Source: a virus
Reading direction: 5' to 3' (one strand)
DNA length: 64,000 nucleotides
Virus record (IMG/VR): IMGVR_UViG_3300042894_002308
Location: 1-64,000 of that record
The notes beneath the pieces are model-generated. The model made no database searches. It saw only the letters and a program-made list of their open reading frames with translations, and was not told where the DNA came from. The position numbers and the translations under genes are program-made. Below are positions 15,104 to 25,516 of this stretch, one piece after another (the stretch's first letter is position 1; every line of letters begins with the position of its first letter).

Positions 15104-18100
15104 TTATGGGGTTACAATAAGCTTTGTAGTTAAGCTAAATGTATTTCCTGCTGGAATAAGCCCAACGGTACTTATATTAAGCATTTTATGAACTCTAGGG
15201 TTACCAATATTTGTACCACTTTGAACTAATTGAGTAAAATCATTAAAACCAGTTTGTCCAATTGTAATGCTAAAATTACTAGTAATTCCCATTGTCACGT
15301 TATCCCAAGCAGCAGTCCATCCAGTTCCACTTCCTGTTATAGAAATTCCATTTGTATTTCCTGTATGGAATCGATAAACTTCTAATCCTGCTGTTACTCC
15401 GATAGTTTTATTAAAGTTATCAGAAATTGTTATTGTTAACGGATTATTAAAACCATTTGAATTCCAAATAATATTTCTTGTACAATTATTAATATTAGTG
15501 TATGCACAGGTTCCATCAATAGTAATATTACCAGTAGTTGCACCAAGTGTTGCAACTGTAATAGGAGCAGCAACTACAACACTTCTAGCAACAGCATCAA
15601 CCTGCATCATATTATGACCAGTAGCTTCCATTAGTGTGTCCATAGGATTTATTAATAATGGATTTGAAGTATCATAATCGACACCACAGTCCATAAGAAT
15701 AACTTTATATCCTTGATACACACTTATATGTGCTTGATCGGTATGTTTGTGTCCTTCTTTAACTGATGATCCCTTTGCCCAGATAGCATAATGTGGTGTA
15801 GCTGTATTACCAAATGTACCAGAATTAATAGCATCATATGGATTACCAATGACTGATGGTTTGTCTCTACCAGTTCTCCAAATGACTTGTTGTTTATCTG
15901 GATAAAATTTATAATTTGGAATCGTTAATGCTGCAGTAATACCTTGAGCCGCAATAGTATATTGTAAACCCTGCAAATCAGGAAGACTTCTGGGGAATAG
16001 ATATTTAAAATTAGCTAATGCTGTATTACCTTGGTATGACAATACACTTGCAAGAATAGACGGCCAATAATATCCTATAGTATAATCTGCTTGTTGACCA
16101 CCTCTATTATCTTGACAATTAATAATATAATTTCCAGGTAATTGAGAATCAATAGCCCATTGCCAATAATTTTGTAGAAATGGGAACTTGACTGGATCTA
16201 CGAGTCGTGTATCTCCAGTTGCAACCATATAATTAACTGAATTGACCATTTCACCAACAGTTTGTTGGGCATAACCAAATCCTTCAGCAAATCCACCATC
16301 AGCACCTTCATAAGCAAAAGATTCAGCTAATAGTGCAACACCAAGATTATATGATGGTAAGAACTTTTTATCTCCAAGATATAAAGAAATGTTTAGTAAA
16401 GCCGCCGCTGGTTCAATCCATTGATTGGTATTTGGTTGTCCGGATCCAGTAGGCAATCCTGTTAACTGTCCTTTAGTATACCAAGCATATTTTGATTCCC
16501 AGTTGGCAACTAAACCATAAATTTCACCTTCTAACAATCCTCTTAATTTAGTTTCTAAGCCAGTTGTCATACCAGCCGTACCCAATGCATGCATCATAGA
16601 AATTACACCGTTGTTATACCATGCACTTCCTAGATATTTTCCATCATTGACTGGCTCATTTCCAGAATAAATTAATAAATTAGGATTGAAATCACAATCA
16701 CTAATAGTCCATCCATATCTTTCAAATGGAACGTGAGTAGAAATTTCACTTAAAATTGTATTTGCATTATTTAATACTGTTGCTTGATATGTTGTACTGC
16801 CAGGAGATATAGAACGTCCATCTGCAACTCTTGCATCACCAACTTTCCAACCAAATGCTAAATTAAACCCTGATGTACGAATCCAGTTTCCTATATTAGT
16901 ATCTGAGCCAGTCAAAGCAACAATTTGTGTAATCATTGGATTACTACAATTTGACAAAGAACCATTCGGTGTTATAGTACTAGAATATCGATTATATAAT
17001 GGAACATCAGCATTTGTATATGCTCTCGTATATCTTCCAGTCTCTGTTTGTAATGTTGGAAGATAATTATTTGCTAAAGAAGCCAATTGAGCAGTAACAG
17101 TTGAACCCGTTGTTGTAAAGATACTTGGGTCATATGGCACATATGATAAGTTTCCATTATATGCAGTAAGACCTTGAATGAATGTTGAACCTCTTGAAAT
17201 AACAAGAGCACAATCTTGTGTAAGTGGTCCTGTATCTCCGGCATAAGATTTAAACAATCTTGCTATTTGAACTGCTTTAGATATTCCAGCTTGGAGTGCC
17301 AACCTTTGTACATCTGCAGTTCTTCCGTCTACATTAGGTGGCATTACACCCGTTGTTCCTCTCCATACTTCATCATTACCTAAAGGTAGAGTGTATTTAA
17401 AGGCATAACTTGAAAGAGCAGTTTGTGGAATTGTATATATTGAAGTTTGTGTATCACACCAAAGATCATTTAATACTTTTCTGGCTTGATAAATGTATGA
17501 TCCAGCTACACCAAAATTACCTGGCAATACTCCCCAACAATTTCCTGCTGCAAATTTGGAAATATTAATAATATATTGTAATGGGAACCATATAAACATT
17601 TTCTTAACACCGGCATCGGTTGCTGGTTTAAGAGTATAAGTTCCCAAATGAGGATTAAAGCTTACAAGTGATTGGTAATTTTGTAATCCAGTATAACCTG
17701 TTATCGAATTACTAGCTGTGCCGGTTAATATATATTCACTCCCATCCGAAACAGTAAAACTACTAAAGATTTGTGTTGGTACTGATTTTGGATAATTATT
17801 TAATAATACTTGACTAGCACTTAAAGTATTATTATATATAAGTTGTGATGAAGCTGCATCGGTATCCTTTGCATATTTAAAGGCATCGGTGTATTTTGGA
17901 TAGGCTTCAATATCTACACGATCTGTGTTAGCTTTGAATAAGGATATTTTATTTTGATGTTGTGTCTTTAATCGAGTTTTTTCATTTTCATAATCAACAA
18001 GCGTAACTGCAGTTGATTTACCAGCCCATGTGCATGCATTACCTGTAGTAAATGCAAAATAGTATGGTAATGATGGGCAGTTATATTCATAAATTATAGA

Positions 18101-21100
18101 ATTAGGAGAAACGGCTTTAGTATAAGCTAATAGATTATTAAGAAGATCAATTGCTTTTGCGCATGATAAACCAGCAATTGGATCAACATCTCCATTAATA
18201 TAATTTGTCATATCAGATTCATAGTCAAGAACTAAATGATATGGATCTATACCAAAATAATTTTTATTTGCTGTATTCCCATAAAATTGATTAAGAGAAG
18301 TTCTTACCAAATTTTGATACGATGCCCCATTTACTGTAAAATTTGGTCCAAAACTAGCAGATACATTCTGTTCATATAAAAGTTCACCATATTTAATATT
18401 GTTAGCCAACATCGGTGGAATCGTTGCGGCTCTTTCGGTAGCATTAAATGATAGATTAACAATATCAGTAACAACCTCAATACCATTGGAAGCTTCTACA
18501 GCTTGTGTCATTGTTAATGGGTTATAACTAAATGCCGATGCTCCAGGAAGATTGAGAACTCCTAATCTTTCTGCTTCTGATACTGGTGGGTTTTCTACTA
18601 CTGGAATTTCATAACGGTCTGTATTCCACCATATACCAAATTTATTATTAGGAGTTCCAATATAATTTGTAATACCATTTACATAATATGCTGTTGTAAT
18701 ACCACTAACAGATCCTCTTACAATAATTGGAGATTGTGTTGCTGGATGAGCAAAGGTAATACGCCAAACATAATTACCATCAACCTTCTGTGCCCCCGAG
18801 ATAATGTATGATCTTTCATCCATATTCATTGGAGCAAGATATGTTGTTTCCCACACAGTACCATTACCAATAGTTTGGCATTCTCCAATAACAGTATTAA
18901 TTTTTCTTGCGAGTGCCATTTTAATAGCACCACATATACCCATGCAAGTAAGACCACCAATTTTTGTTGGAGATGTTTGTGCTTGAGTGTATCGTCTTCC
19001 ACCAAAACATACTGATTCATTCATAAATGATAATGGAGTTCCATCCGAAGCAGTCATATCATATATACTAGGATTCCAATAAGAATAACGTCCAGTTTTA
19101 TTTAAATACTGATGGCGTATATTTTCATAATACATTGGTCCTGCTTCACCATACATAAATGTAAAGCCGTCTAATTGAGTTGATTCTGCATCAACTCTAG
19201 TACGATATCCAAATGTTAATCCTTCAGGAATATAATATGCACTACCAAATAAATTAGATTCATCACTAATGTCTAGGCTAGCATCACTAGTCCATTTTTG
19301 ATGAGCAACCCATGTATTAATTGGTTTTTGTATTCCGTACCAATTACTTCCTGTTATCTTGGGATGATTGTTAGGATCATTTCTTTCATATATTGCTTTC
19401 GCTACATTTGATTTGGCTACTTGTCTTCCCCACTTAACGTCTGACATTAATGCCATATATCCCATTGGATACCAATGAGTCCAATAATTATTATAAATTG
19501 TTCCAGCAGGCAATGTATTTCCTGGGAATGGATTACCACAAGGATCTACTTTATCAACTGAAATAGTAGTATTGGCTCCCGTCCAATATTTTGTTTTGCC
19601 TCCAAAAGATAATCCATTTAATGTATCGGGACCATATAATGGTATATAATTAGCTGGACCTGCAACATAACCAGACGATAGTCTATTAACATTAATTCCC
19701 CATACTGGATTTAAATGCCAGGAAATATAATGTGGTGCTCTATCAAAACCAACTTTAGTTATACTTGCTGCGCAGGAACCATTAGATCCTGTAGGATCAT
19801 ATCTAAAGAACCCAGTACTTCCCATTATTTCAGCACATGAATAGCATTGAAGTATTTGTGCAGGTCCACTGATTCCGACCCAATTTGCAGGTACCCATTT
19901 TTTAGCATATGTTGTACTTGCTTCGGGAGAAGAATATCCATATTTTCTACCCATTGCTCCCCACGACCAATACCAACCACCAACATTTTTACCATATGTA
20001 ATACCATTGATGACTAATCCGTATGTATTACCTCTCCAATCTAAATTTCTATCAATAATTCTTGGAGAATTGCTATTTGGGTCAATATCTGCCATTATAC
20101 CGCCGTAGGCATGTATTGAACCAACATCACCTACTTGTTCTGTATATAAATTTTGACACGACTCTAAACTAAATGCATCATTATACTGATAATAATCTTG
20201 CATTCTTTTATCAGATGCTGATGTAATATTATTAGTAACAAACGGAACATAATCAGTACTTGTACGAGTTAATGCATCACTAATATGATCTTTAGTATTA
20301 TTTACATAAAAATTATTTGTATAAGATGGATTTGTAAAATTAATTACTGCATTATTTAATTTGTAATATCCATAATCCGCAGATAATGAATTGTCGGCAA
20401 CAATTCCATTATATAATTTAAAATCATCTACCATATCAGTCCAGTGACCAGCATACCAATCTTTAATTGCAGCTTGATGTTCATATCCTAAAATTTCAAA
20501 TGACCCATCACCTGCAAGATTTCCTGGTACATTATCAATAGATCCACCTATGGCAGTCAAACCTTCAACATATCTCCAATTTGATGGATTACTTGTAAAT
20601 CCCTTTGCCAAAAGGTTTGCTCGCATAGAAGTGATGCCACGAGTAATAAAAGAATCTGGAGCAGCAGATGCACCATAAAATGTTGAATACCATTTAGATC
20701 CAGTTGGTGTATTATTAGGATAGAGCCATTTTGAATAAAAATTGGAATCACCAATACGTATTCCTCCGGATATACCAATACCACGATAGTCTAGATAACC
20801 ATATATTTCATCATCTAAATCAAAATGTGCCATGGTAAAACCATTAGCAGAAAGATGTGAATATATTGCCTTTAACTCGGCACGTAGGAAATTCATTTTG
20901 CGTTTTAACCATGGGGTTTTAAACGCGGTAGAAGATCTACGATCACCAGTTAACACAATAGCTTCGGTATCCATAATCGGACTATTAGATTCTGCTCTCC
21001 ACCACCTACTTGCCATCACAACTCTATATTTGTTTGGAATCCAACTGTGGTCTTGAATTACTCGGTTTAATCCAGCAATACTATAAAAACCAGTTGCACC

Positions 21101-24100
21101 AAAGGTTAAACCAATATAACCTGTTGCACTATTCCATGGAAAGGTTGACATATCGATATCAACATCAGGAAAATTATTATATCCAACACCAGTCCATCCT
21201 TGATCTACACCAGCACTCGGTGGAAATATTCCTGCATTTAAATCACTTTGACTTGGGCCATTTCTTCCACGAATAAATTCTACATTGGGCCACATATATG
21301 TCAAACCATTTTGACTGCCCCAACGTTCTGCTTGATTCCAATAACCATATGGTGAATTAAGTGTGCAGAAAAGATCTGGGTTTACATAATTTTTAGGAAC
21401 AATGTTTCTAGATTCAGCAGTAGTTTCTGCATTGAACATAAACTTTGGATTTTCTGGAAGACTTAATGTATTCAGTCTTTGTGCTTCAGATACTGGTGGG
21501 TTTTCAACAATTGGAATTTCCAGATTTCCACTATTCCACCATATACCAAATTTATTATTTGGATTATTGATGTAATCTGTAACTCCACTGATATTGTATG
21601 CTGTAGTAATACCAGAACACATACCACGAACTATAATGGGTGCAGGATCTGTTGCTGGATGTGCAAATGTAATACGCCAAAGGAAATTAGTATTTATTTT
21701 TTGTGCACCAGAAATCAAATATGATCTCTCATCCATATTTACTGGAGCAAGATATAATGTTTCTTTAACAGTACCATTACCAACAGTGTGGCATTCACCA
21801 ATAATTGTATTAACTTTTCTAACATCCGAAAGCATCATCGCACCACAGACACCAAATGATGTGATGCCACCAACTCTTTGTGGAGTTTGAGTATTAGCTT
21901 GTGGATAATACTTGGGAAAAACACCATTTTGTGTAACATATGGTGGAGTATTTGAAATTGATGTTGTAGTATAATGATCTGGTGGATTATAATATGTAAA
22001 CTTACCAACTTTATTTAAATATTGGTGTCTCATATTTTCATAATACATGGGTCCAACATCACCATAGATATATGTAATACCTGTAGCCATACTTGTTGTT
22101 AAAGTATAATTAAATGTTACTCCTTGTGGAATATACATATAATTGGAAAATGGTTTATTATCAGATATATCTGTACTATTAGTAAAATATTTTTGACTAG
22201 CAATCCATACTTGAATTGGTTTTTGAATTTTATTCCATGCAGAACCACTTATTCCAGGATAATTGGTTGGGTCATTTCTTTGATTTACTGCATCAGCAAC
22301 ATTTACTCTGGCAACGTGTCTTCCAAATCTTACTTGTTCAAGAAGAGACATATATGCCATTGGATACCAGTGTGACCAATAGTTATTATAAATTGTTCCA
22401 GGTGGTAAAGTATTACCTGGAACTGGATTTCCACATGGATCTAAAGCACCTGTTAATGTACTCCAAGTAGTAGAGCCACCAAGCTTTCTTTTAGATTCTG
22501 CACCAGCTGATAAACCACCAAGTACATCAAATCCTCTGATTGGAATATAATTTACTGGTCCTAATGTAGCACCACCATTAAAAGTCTGAACATTAATTCC
22601 CCAAACCGGATTTAAATGCCAGCCAATATATGCTGGTGTCCGATCAAATCCAACTTTATTTTGGTTTGCAGCACTCGATCCATTAATACCAGTTGGATCA
22701 AATTTAAAGAAACCACAATTACCAAGAGTTTCAGCACATGTAAAACATGTTACTAACTGTCCTGGAGCAGTTGATCCAAGATAATTTGCGGGTATCCATT
22801 TACGGGCATCATTTTGATTCCACAACGAAGGATTTGAAAATCTGAATTTACTATATAAACCAAAATAATACTCATATACTTGAACAAGAGCTTTACCAAA
22901 TGTATTTCCACCAAAAGCAAATCCATAACTATTGCCTCTTTGATCTAATGTTCTGTCAATTTGGTATTCGCCATTGGCATACACATCAACCTCTGCCGGA
23001 CCATAAAATGCAGTACTAGAAATATCCCCAGCAACTGAACTATATGTATTATAAAAAGAACCTAAATTACCATGATCATTATATGAATAATAATTAAATA
23101 CACCCAAATCTTGAAAGGCTGTTGGTGAAGTAAATGGAACATAATCGGAAGCAGATTTTGTTAAAATTGTTGGAGAATTTGATGTACCACTTGGTGTTGG
23201 ATTAGAATAATTATGTATTTCGGCATTTGTCTTATAATAGTCATAATCAGCAGATAAAGAATTATCGGCACAAATTCCATTTATTTGTTTAAAATCAGTA
23301 ATAAGATCCGTGATAAAATATCCAACCCAATCTTTCCATGCACTATAGTATTCTGGTCCAAACCACGATGCAAATGGAGTTCCACCTGCAGCAATATTTC
23401 CTTGAGCAGAACAATTTCCAAGAGCTGTTAACCCATCAACATTTCTCCAGTTTCCATTGGTAGTAGTAAATCCTCTTCTTAAAAGAAAAGCTCTATTAGA
23501 TGTAATTCCTTGTAATATTAATGAATCTGGAACCGCACATATTCCATTAAAATTTGCATACCAGTTAGAACTATTTTGAGAATTTGCTGGATATACTACG
23601 TTATTAATAAAACTATTACCACCATTAGTAACAGAAGGACGAAGCCCAATAGTACCAATACCTCTCATATCCCCGATCCCAGCCATACCAAAATATTCAT
23701 CATCTATATCAAAATGAGCACAAGTAAATCCAGATAAACCCATATATCTATAAACAGTATTTAATTCATTACTAAGAAAATTTATTTTACGTTTTAACCA
23801 ATGAGTACGATAAGTTTGAGTACCACCCGCTGTATCAATAGTAATATATTCTGTTCCAGTAATACCTATTGGTCCTACACCAATTCCGTCTAAAGCTCTC
23901 CACGATCTTGGTGGGTAAAATGTTCGGTATTTATTTGGAATATGCGAATAGTTTCGTATAATGTCATCAACATCTGATTTTGTTATAAAACCTGGAGAAC
24001 CAAATGTCATTCCAATATAACCAGTGGATGTATTCCATGGACTTATAGACCAATCAATATCAGAAATATTTTGGCTTCCCGCTCCAGGCCATTCTGATAC

Positions 24101-24343
24101 CGTTGGTGGAGTATTTGTTCCATCTGCTCTAGGAAATTGACCTGCATCCAAGCAAGCACCCTTTGGTCCAAGAATACCAGTAGGATACTTAACATAATGC
24201 CACATATAGGTAAGCCCAGCTGTATTACCCCAAGTTTCACCTTGTTTCCAATATCCAACCACAGGATGTTCAATGAGACCAAATAATTGAGTCGGCATCA
24301 GAACAGTGTATGTAATATTAGTATTAAGTAAAAGTGGATGCAT
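15104..24343 (-). CDS. 3079-aa virion protein: two ~950-aa repeats, a third GH-like domain and a C-terminal heparinase II/III-like lyase domain
   Basis: Internal duplication (YWKQGETWG..GLTYMW vs YWNQAERWG..GLTYMW; PPVSEAQRL vs PPVSEAERL); DxDxE motifs; TNQW, EGFGY, GHKHTDQAH, GHNMMQVD. Confidence 0.7.
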   Translation of the reverse strand: MHPLLLNTNITYTVLMPTQLFGLIEHPVVGYWKQGETWGNTAGLTYMWHYVKYPTGILGPKGACLDAGQFPRADGTNTPPTVSEWPGAGSQNISDIDWSISPWNTSTGYIGMTFGSPGFITKSDVDDIIRNYSHIPNKYRTFYPPRSWRALDGIGVGPIGITGTEYITIDTAGGTQTYRTHWLKRKINFLSNELNTVYRYMGLSGFTCAHFDIDDEYFGMAGIGDMRGIGTIGLRPSVTNGGNSFINNVVYPANSQNSSNWYANFNGICAVPDSLILQGITSNRAFLLRRGFTTTNGNWRNVDGLTALGNCSAQGNIAAGGTPFASWFGPEYYSAWKDWVGYFITDLITDFKQINGICADNSLSADYDYYKTNAEIHNYSNPTPSGTSNSPTILTKSASDYVPFTSPTAFQDLGVFNYYSYNDHGNLGSFYNTYSSVAGDISSTAFYGPAEVDVYANGEYQIDRTLDQRGNSYGFAFGGNTFGKALVQVYEYYFGLYSKFRFSNPSLWNQNDARKWIPANYLGSTAPGQLVTCFTCAETLGNCGFFKFDPTGINGSSAANQNKVGFDRTPAYIGWHLNPVWGINVQTFNGGATLGPVNYIPIRGFDVLGGLSAGAESKRKLGGSTTWSTLTGALDPCGNPVPGNTLPPGTIYNNYWSHWYPMAYMSLLEQVRFGRHVARVNVADAVNQRNDPTNYPGISGSAWNKIQKPIQVWIASQKYFTNSTDISDNKPFSNYMYIPQGVTFNYTLTTSMATGITYIYGDVGPMYYENMRHQYLNKVGKFTYYNPPDHYTTTSISNTPPYVTQNGVFPKYYPQANTQTPQRVGGITSFGVCGAMMLSDVRKVNTIIGECHTVGNGTVKETLYLAPVNMDERSYLISGAQKINTNFLWRITFAHPATDPAPIIVRGMCSGITTAYNISGVTDYINNPNNKFGIWWNSGNLEIPIVENPPVSEAQRLNTLSLPENPKFMFNAETTAESRNIVPKNYVNPDLFCTLNSPYGYWNQAERWGSQNGLTYMWPNVEFIRGRNGPSQSDLNAGIFPPSAGVDQGWTGVGYNNFPDVDIDMSTFPWNSATGYIGLTFGATGFYSIAGLNRVIQDHSWIPNKYRVVMASRWWRAESNSPIMDTEAIVLTGDRRSSTAFKTPWLKRKMNFLRAELKAIYSHLSANGFTMAHFDLDDEIYGYLDYRGIGISGGIRIGDSNFYSKWLYPNNTPTGSKWYSTFYGASAAPDSFITRGITSMRANLLAKGFTSNPSNWRYVEGLTAIGGSIDNVPGNLAGDGSFEILGYEHQAAIKDWYAGHWTDMVDDFKLYNGIVADNSLSADYGYYKLNNAVINFTNPSYTNNFYVNNTKDHISDALTRTSTDYVPFVTNNITSASDKRMQDYYQYNDAFSLESCQNLYTEQVGDVGSIHAYGGIMADIDPNSNSPRIIDRNLDWRGNTYGLVINGITYGKNVGGWYWSWGAMGRKYGYSSPEASTTYAKKWVPANWVGISGPAQILQCYSCAEIMGSTGFFRYDPTGSNGSCAASITKVGFDRAPHYISWHLNPVWGINVNRLSSGYVAGPANYIPLYGPDTLNGLSFGGKTKYWTGANTTISVDKVDPCGNPFPGNTLPAGTIYNNYWTHWYPMGYMALMSDVKWGRQVAKSNVAKAIYERNDPNNHPKITGSNWYGIQKPINTWVAHQKWTSDASLDISDESNLFGSAYYIPEGLTFGYRTRVDAESTQLDGFTFMYGEAGPMYYENIRHQYLNKTGRYSYWNPSIYDMTASDGTPLSFMNESVCFGGRRYTQAQTSPTKIGGLTCMGICGAIKMALARKINTVIGECQTIGNGTVWETTYLAPMNMDERSYIISGAQKVDGNYVWRITFAHPATQSPIIVRGSVSGITTAYYVNGITNYIGTPNNKFGIWWNTDRYEIPVVENPPVSEAERLGVLNLPGASAFSYNPLTMTQAVEASNGIEVVTDIVNLSFNATERAATIPPMLANNIKYGELLYEQNVSASFGPNFTVNGASYQNLVRTSLNQFYGNTANKNYFGIDPYHLVLDYESDMTNYINGDVDPIAGLSCAKAIDLLNNLLAYTKAVSPNSIIYEYNCPSLPYYFAFTTGNACTWAGKSTAVTLVDYENEKTRLKTQHQNKISLFKANTDRVDIEAYPKYTDAFKYAKDTDAASSQLIYNNTLSASQVLLNNYPKSVPTQIFSSFTVSDGSEYILTGTASNSITGYTGLQNYQSLVSFNPHLGTYTLKPATDAGVKKMFIWFPLQYIINISKFAAGNCWGVLPGNFGVAGSYIYQARKVLNDLWCDTQTSIYTIPQTALSSYAFKYTLPLGNDEVWRGTTGVMPPNVDGRTADVQRLALQAGISKAVQIARLFKSYAGDTGPLTQDCALVISRGSTFIQGLTAYNGNLSYVPYDPSIFTTTGSTVTAQLASLANNYLPTLQTETGRYTRAYTNADVPLYNRYSSTITPNGSLSNCSNPMITQIVALTGSDTNIGNWIRTSGFNLAFGWKVGDARVADGRSISPGSTTYQATVLNNANTILSEISTHVPFERYGWTISDCDFNPNLLIYSGNEPVNDGKYLGSAWYNNGVISMMHALGTAGMTTGLETKLRGLLEGEIYGLVANWESKYAWYTKGQLTGLPTGSGQPNTNQWIEPAAALLNISLYLGDKKFLPSYNLGVALLAESFAYEGADGGFAEGFGYAQQTVGEMVNSVNYMVATGDTRLVDPVKFPFLQNYWQWAIDSQLPGNYIINCQDNRGGQQADYTIGYYWPSILASVLSYQGNTALANFKYLFPRSLPDLQGLQYTIAAQGITAALTIPNYKFYPDKQQVIWRTGRDKPSVIGNPYDAINSGTFGNTATPHYAIWAKGSSVKEGHKHTDQAHISVYQGYKVILMDCGVDYDTSNPLLINPMDTLMEATGHNMMQVDAVARSVVVAAPITVATLGATTGNITIDGTCAYTNINNCTRNIIWNSNGFNNPLTITISDNFNKTIGVTAGLEVYRFHTGNTNGISITGSGTGWTAAWDNVTMGITSNFSITIGQTGFNDFTQLVQSGTNIGNPRVHKMLNISTVGLIPAGNTFSLTTKLIVTP

Positions 24344-24383
24344 TATTTGACTTTTAAGTATTGTCTCGTATACTATTTATATT

Positions 24384-24581
24384 ATGACTAACAAGAAATT
24401 AGAAGAAATGATCTACGACTATGGTGAAACTTTAAAGCACATTGGTAAGTGTGAAACCGATGGAAAGACTAGTTTAAAGGAATATAACAAATTAGTTGAC
24501 CATAAGGAAAAATTGGTAGAACAATTTAATGAACATTTTAACAGCAATTCAAAAATGGCACAAACTTTAGGAGTTATATAA
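24384..24581 (+). CDS. Hypothetical protein
   Basis: TTGACT(24347)-N16-TATACT(24369) upstream. Confidence 0.7.
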   Translation: MTNKKLEEMIYDYGETLKHIGKCETDGKTSLKEYNKLVDHKEKLVEQFNEHFNSNSKMAQTLGVI

Positions 24582-24764
24582 CTACTTGCTAAAAGTTGTT
24601 TTTATAATTTCTTTGGCTTTTTCAGGTGTTACATTTTGACGAGCCATAGCCTGCCAAAATTGATCCATCATAACTTTAGTAACATCTTTTAATTCAGAAC
24701 TTCTATTTACAGATGGCTTAGAAGTTTCAACGTTATATACATTTCCTTCGTTTATATCTTTCAT
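24582..24764 (-). CDS. Small late protein (MKDINEG...)
   Basis: ATAAATA 5 nt upstream of ATG 24764; I-N-E motif. Confidence 0.6.
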   Translation of the reverse strand: MKDINEGNVYNVETSKPSVNRSSELKDVTKVMMDQFWQAMARQNVTPEKAKEIIKTTFSK

Positions 24765-24774
24765 ATTATTATTT

Positions 24775-25053
24775 ATGCCCAGACCTCGCAAAACATCTAC
24801 TCAACCTAAACGCAAATACAATAAAAAGCCTGTGGAAATCCCTAAAAAGATTTACCCAGAATTTGTTCAAAATTTTATAAATGAGGTAGAATCTAAAACT
24901 CCCTATAAAGTTGTTGTTGCCCAGTATAATGAAGGTTCTGGATACCATGTGGGTGTGTGTAAGTCCGTTCCTAGTAATTGTTATCATTGTATTTGGATGG
25001 TCAATCATGCCAAAACTAAAGAAGAATTAGATAGATTTTGGAATATAATATAA
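24775..25053 (+). CDS. Basic hypothetical protein
   Basis: ORF track. Confidence 0.55.
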   Translation: MPRPRKTSTQPKRKYNKKPVEIPKKIYPEFVQNFINEVESKTPYKVVVAQYNEGSGYHVGVCKSVPSNCYHCIWMVNHAKTKEELDRFWNII

Positions 25054-25071
25054 ACTCTAAATATTTGTATC

Positions 25072-25308
25072 ATGTACGATAAATACTTCTCAGCAAATCC
25101 AATTACAGTCGGTTCAAGAATACCTAAGCATAAAGGTCTTTTAATTTCTGGTGGTGCAGCAGGAGTTACTATGTCTGTTCAGTTTGTAAGTGGTACAGGT
25201 AATACATTAAATTCTGTTCTTACAATTAATAACACGCCCTATATTTTACCTTTCCAAGTATATGCTGTTAATACATTTAATGGTCTTACTGGCTTCTATG
25301 TAAATTAA
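25072..25308 (+). CDS. Small late structural-like protein
   Basis: CTAAATA upstream; beta-rich with GVT/GNT/GLT motifs. Confidence 0.65.
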   Translation: MYDKYFSANPITVGSRIPKHKGLLISGGAAGVTMSVQFVSGTGNTLNSVLTINNTPYILPFQVYAVNTFNGLTGFYVN

Positions 25309-25309
25309 T

Positions 25310-25516
25310 ATGCCTAAAGACATTCGATGTCTCATTACCAACAACCTTCTTAAGAAGGGTGAGTGGTTTTGGCTATCGTGGGAAATGGATGCTGCAATCT
25401 CAGCACCGGGTCTAGCAGAATTAGAAATGCGCCGTCATGATCCTGACGACGATTTCGCTAGAATGTTGTGGCAAGAATGGGAATGGTCCCGAGAAATCGG
25501 GTATCCTGATCTTTAA
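25310..25516 (+). CDS. Hypothetical Trp-rich protein
   Basis: ORF track, tightly coupled to the upstream gene. Confidence 0.6.
   Translation: MPKDIRCLITNNLLKKGEWFWLSWEMDAAISAPGLAELEMRRHDPDDDFARMLWQEWEWSREIGYPDL

Noticed and set aside
15104-24343. Diversity-generating retroelement (TR/VR pair) behind the internal duplication
   Set aside because: The duplication is about 2.9 kb, in frame and diverged at all bases rather than adenine-specifically; no reverse transcriptase in the window.
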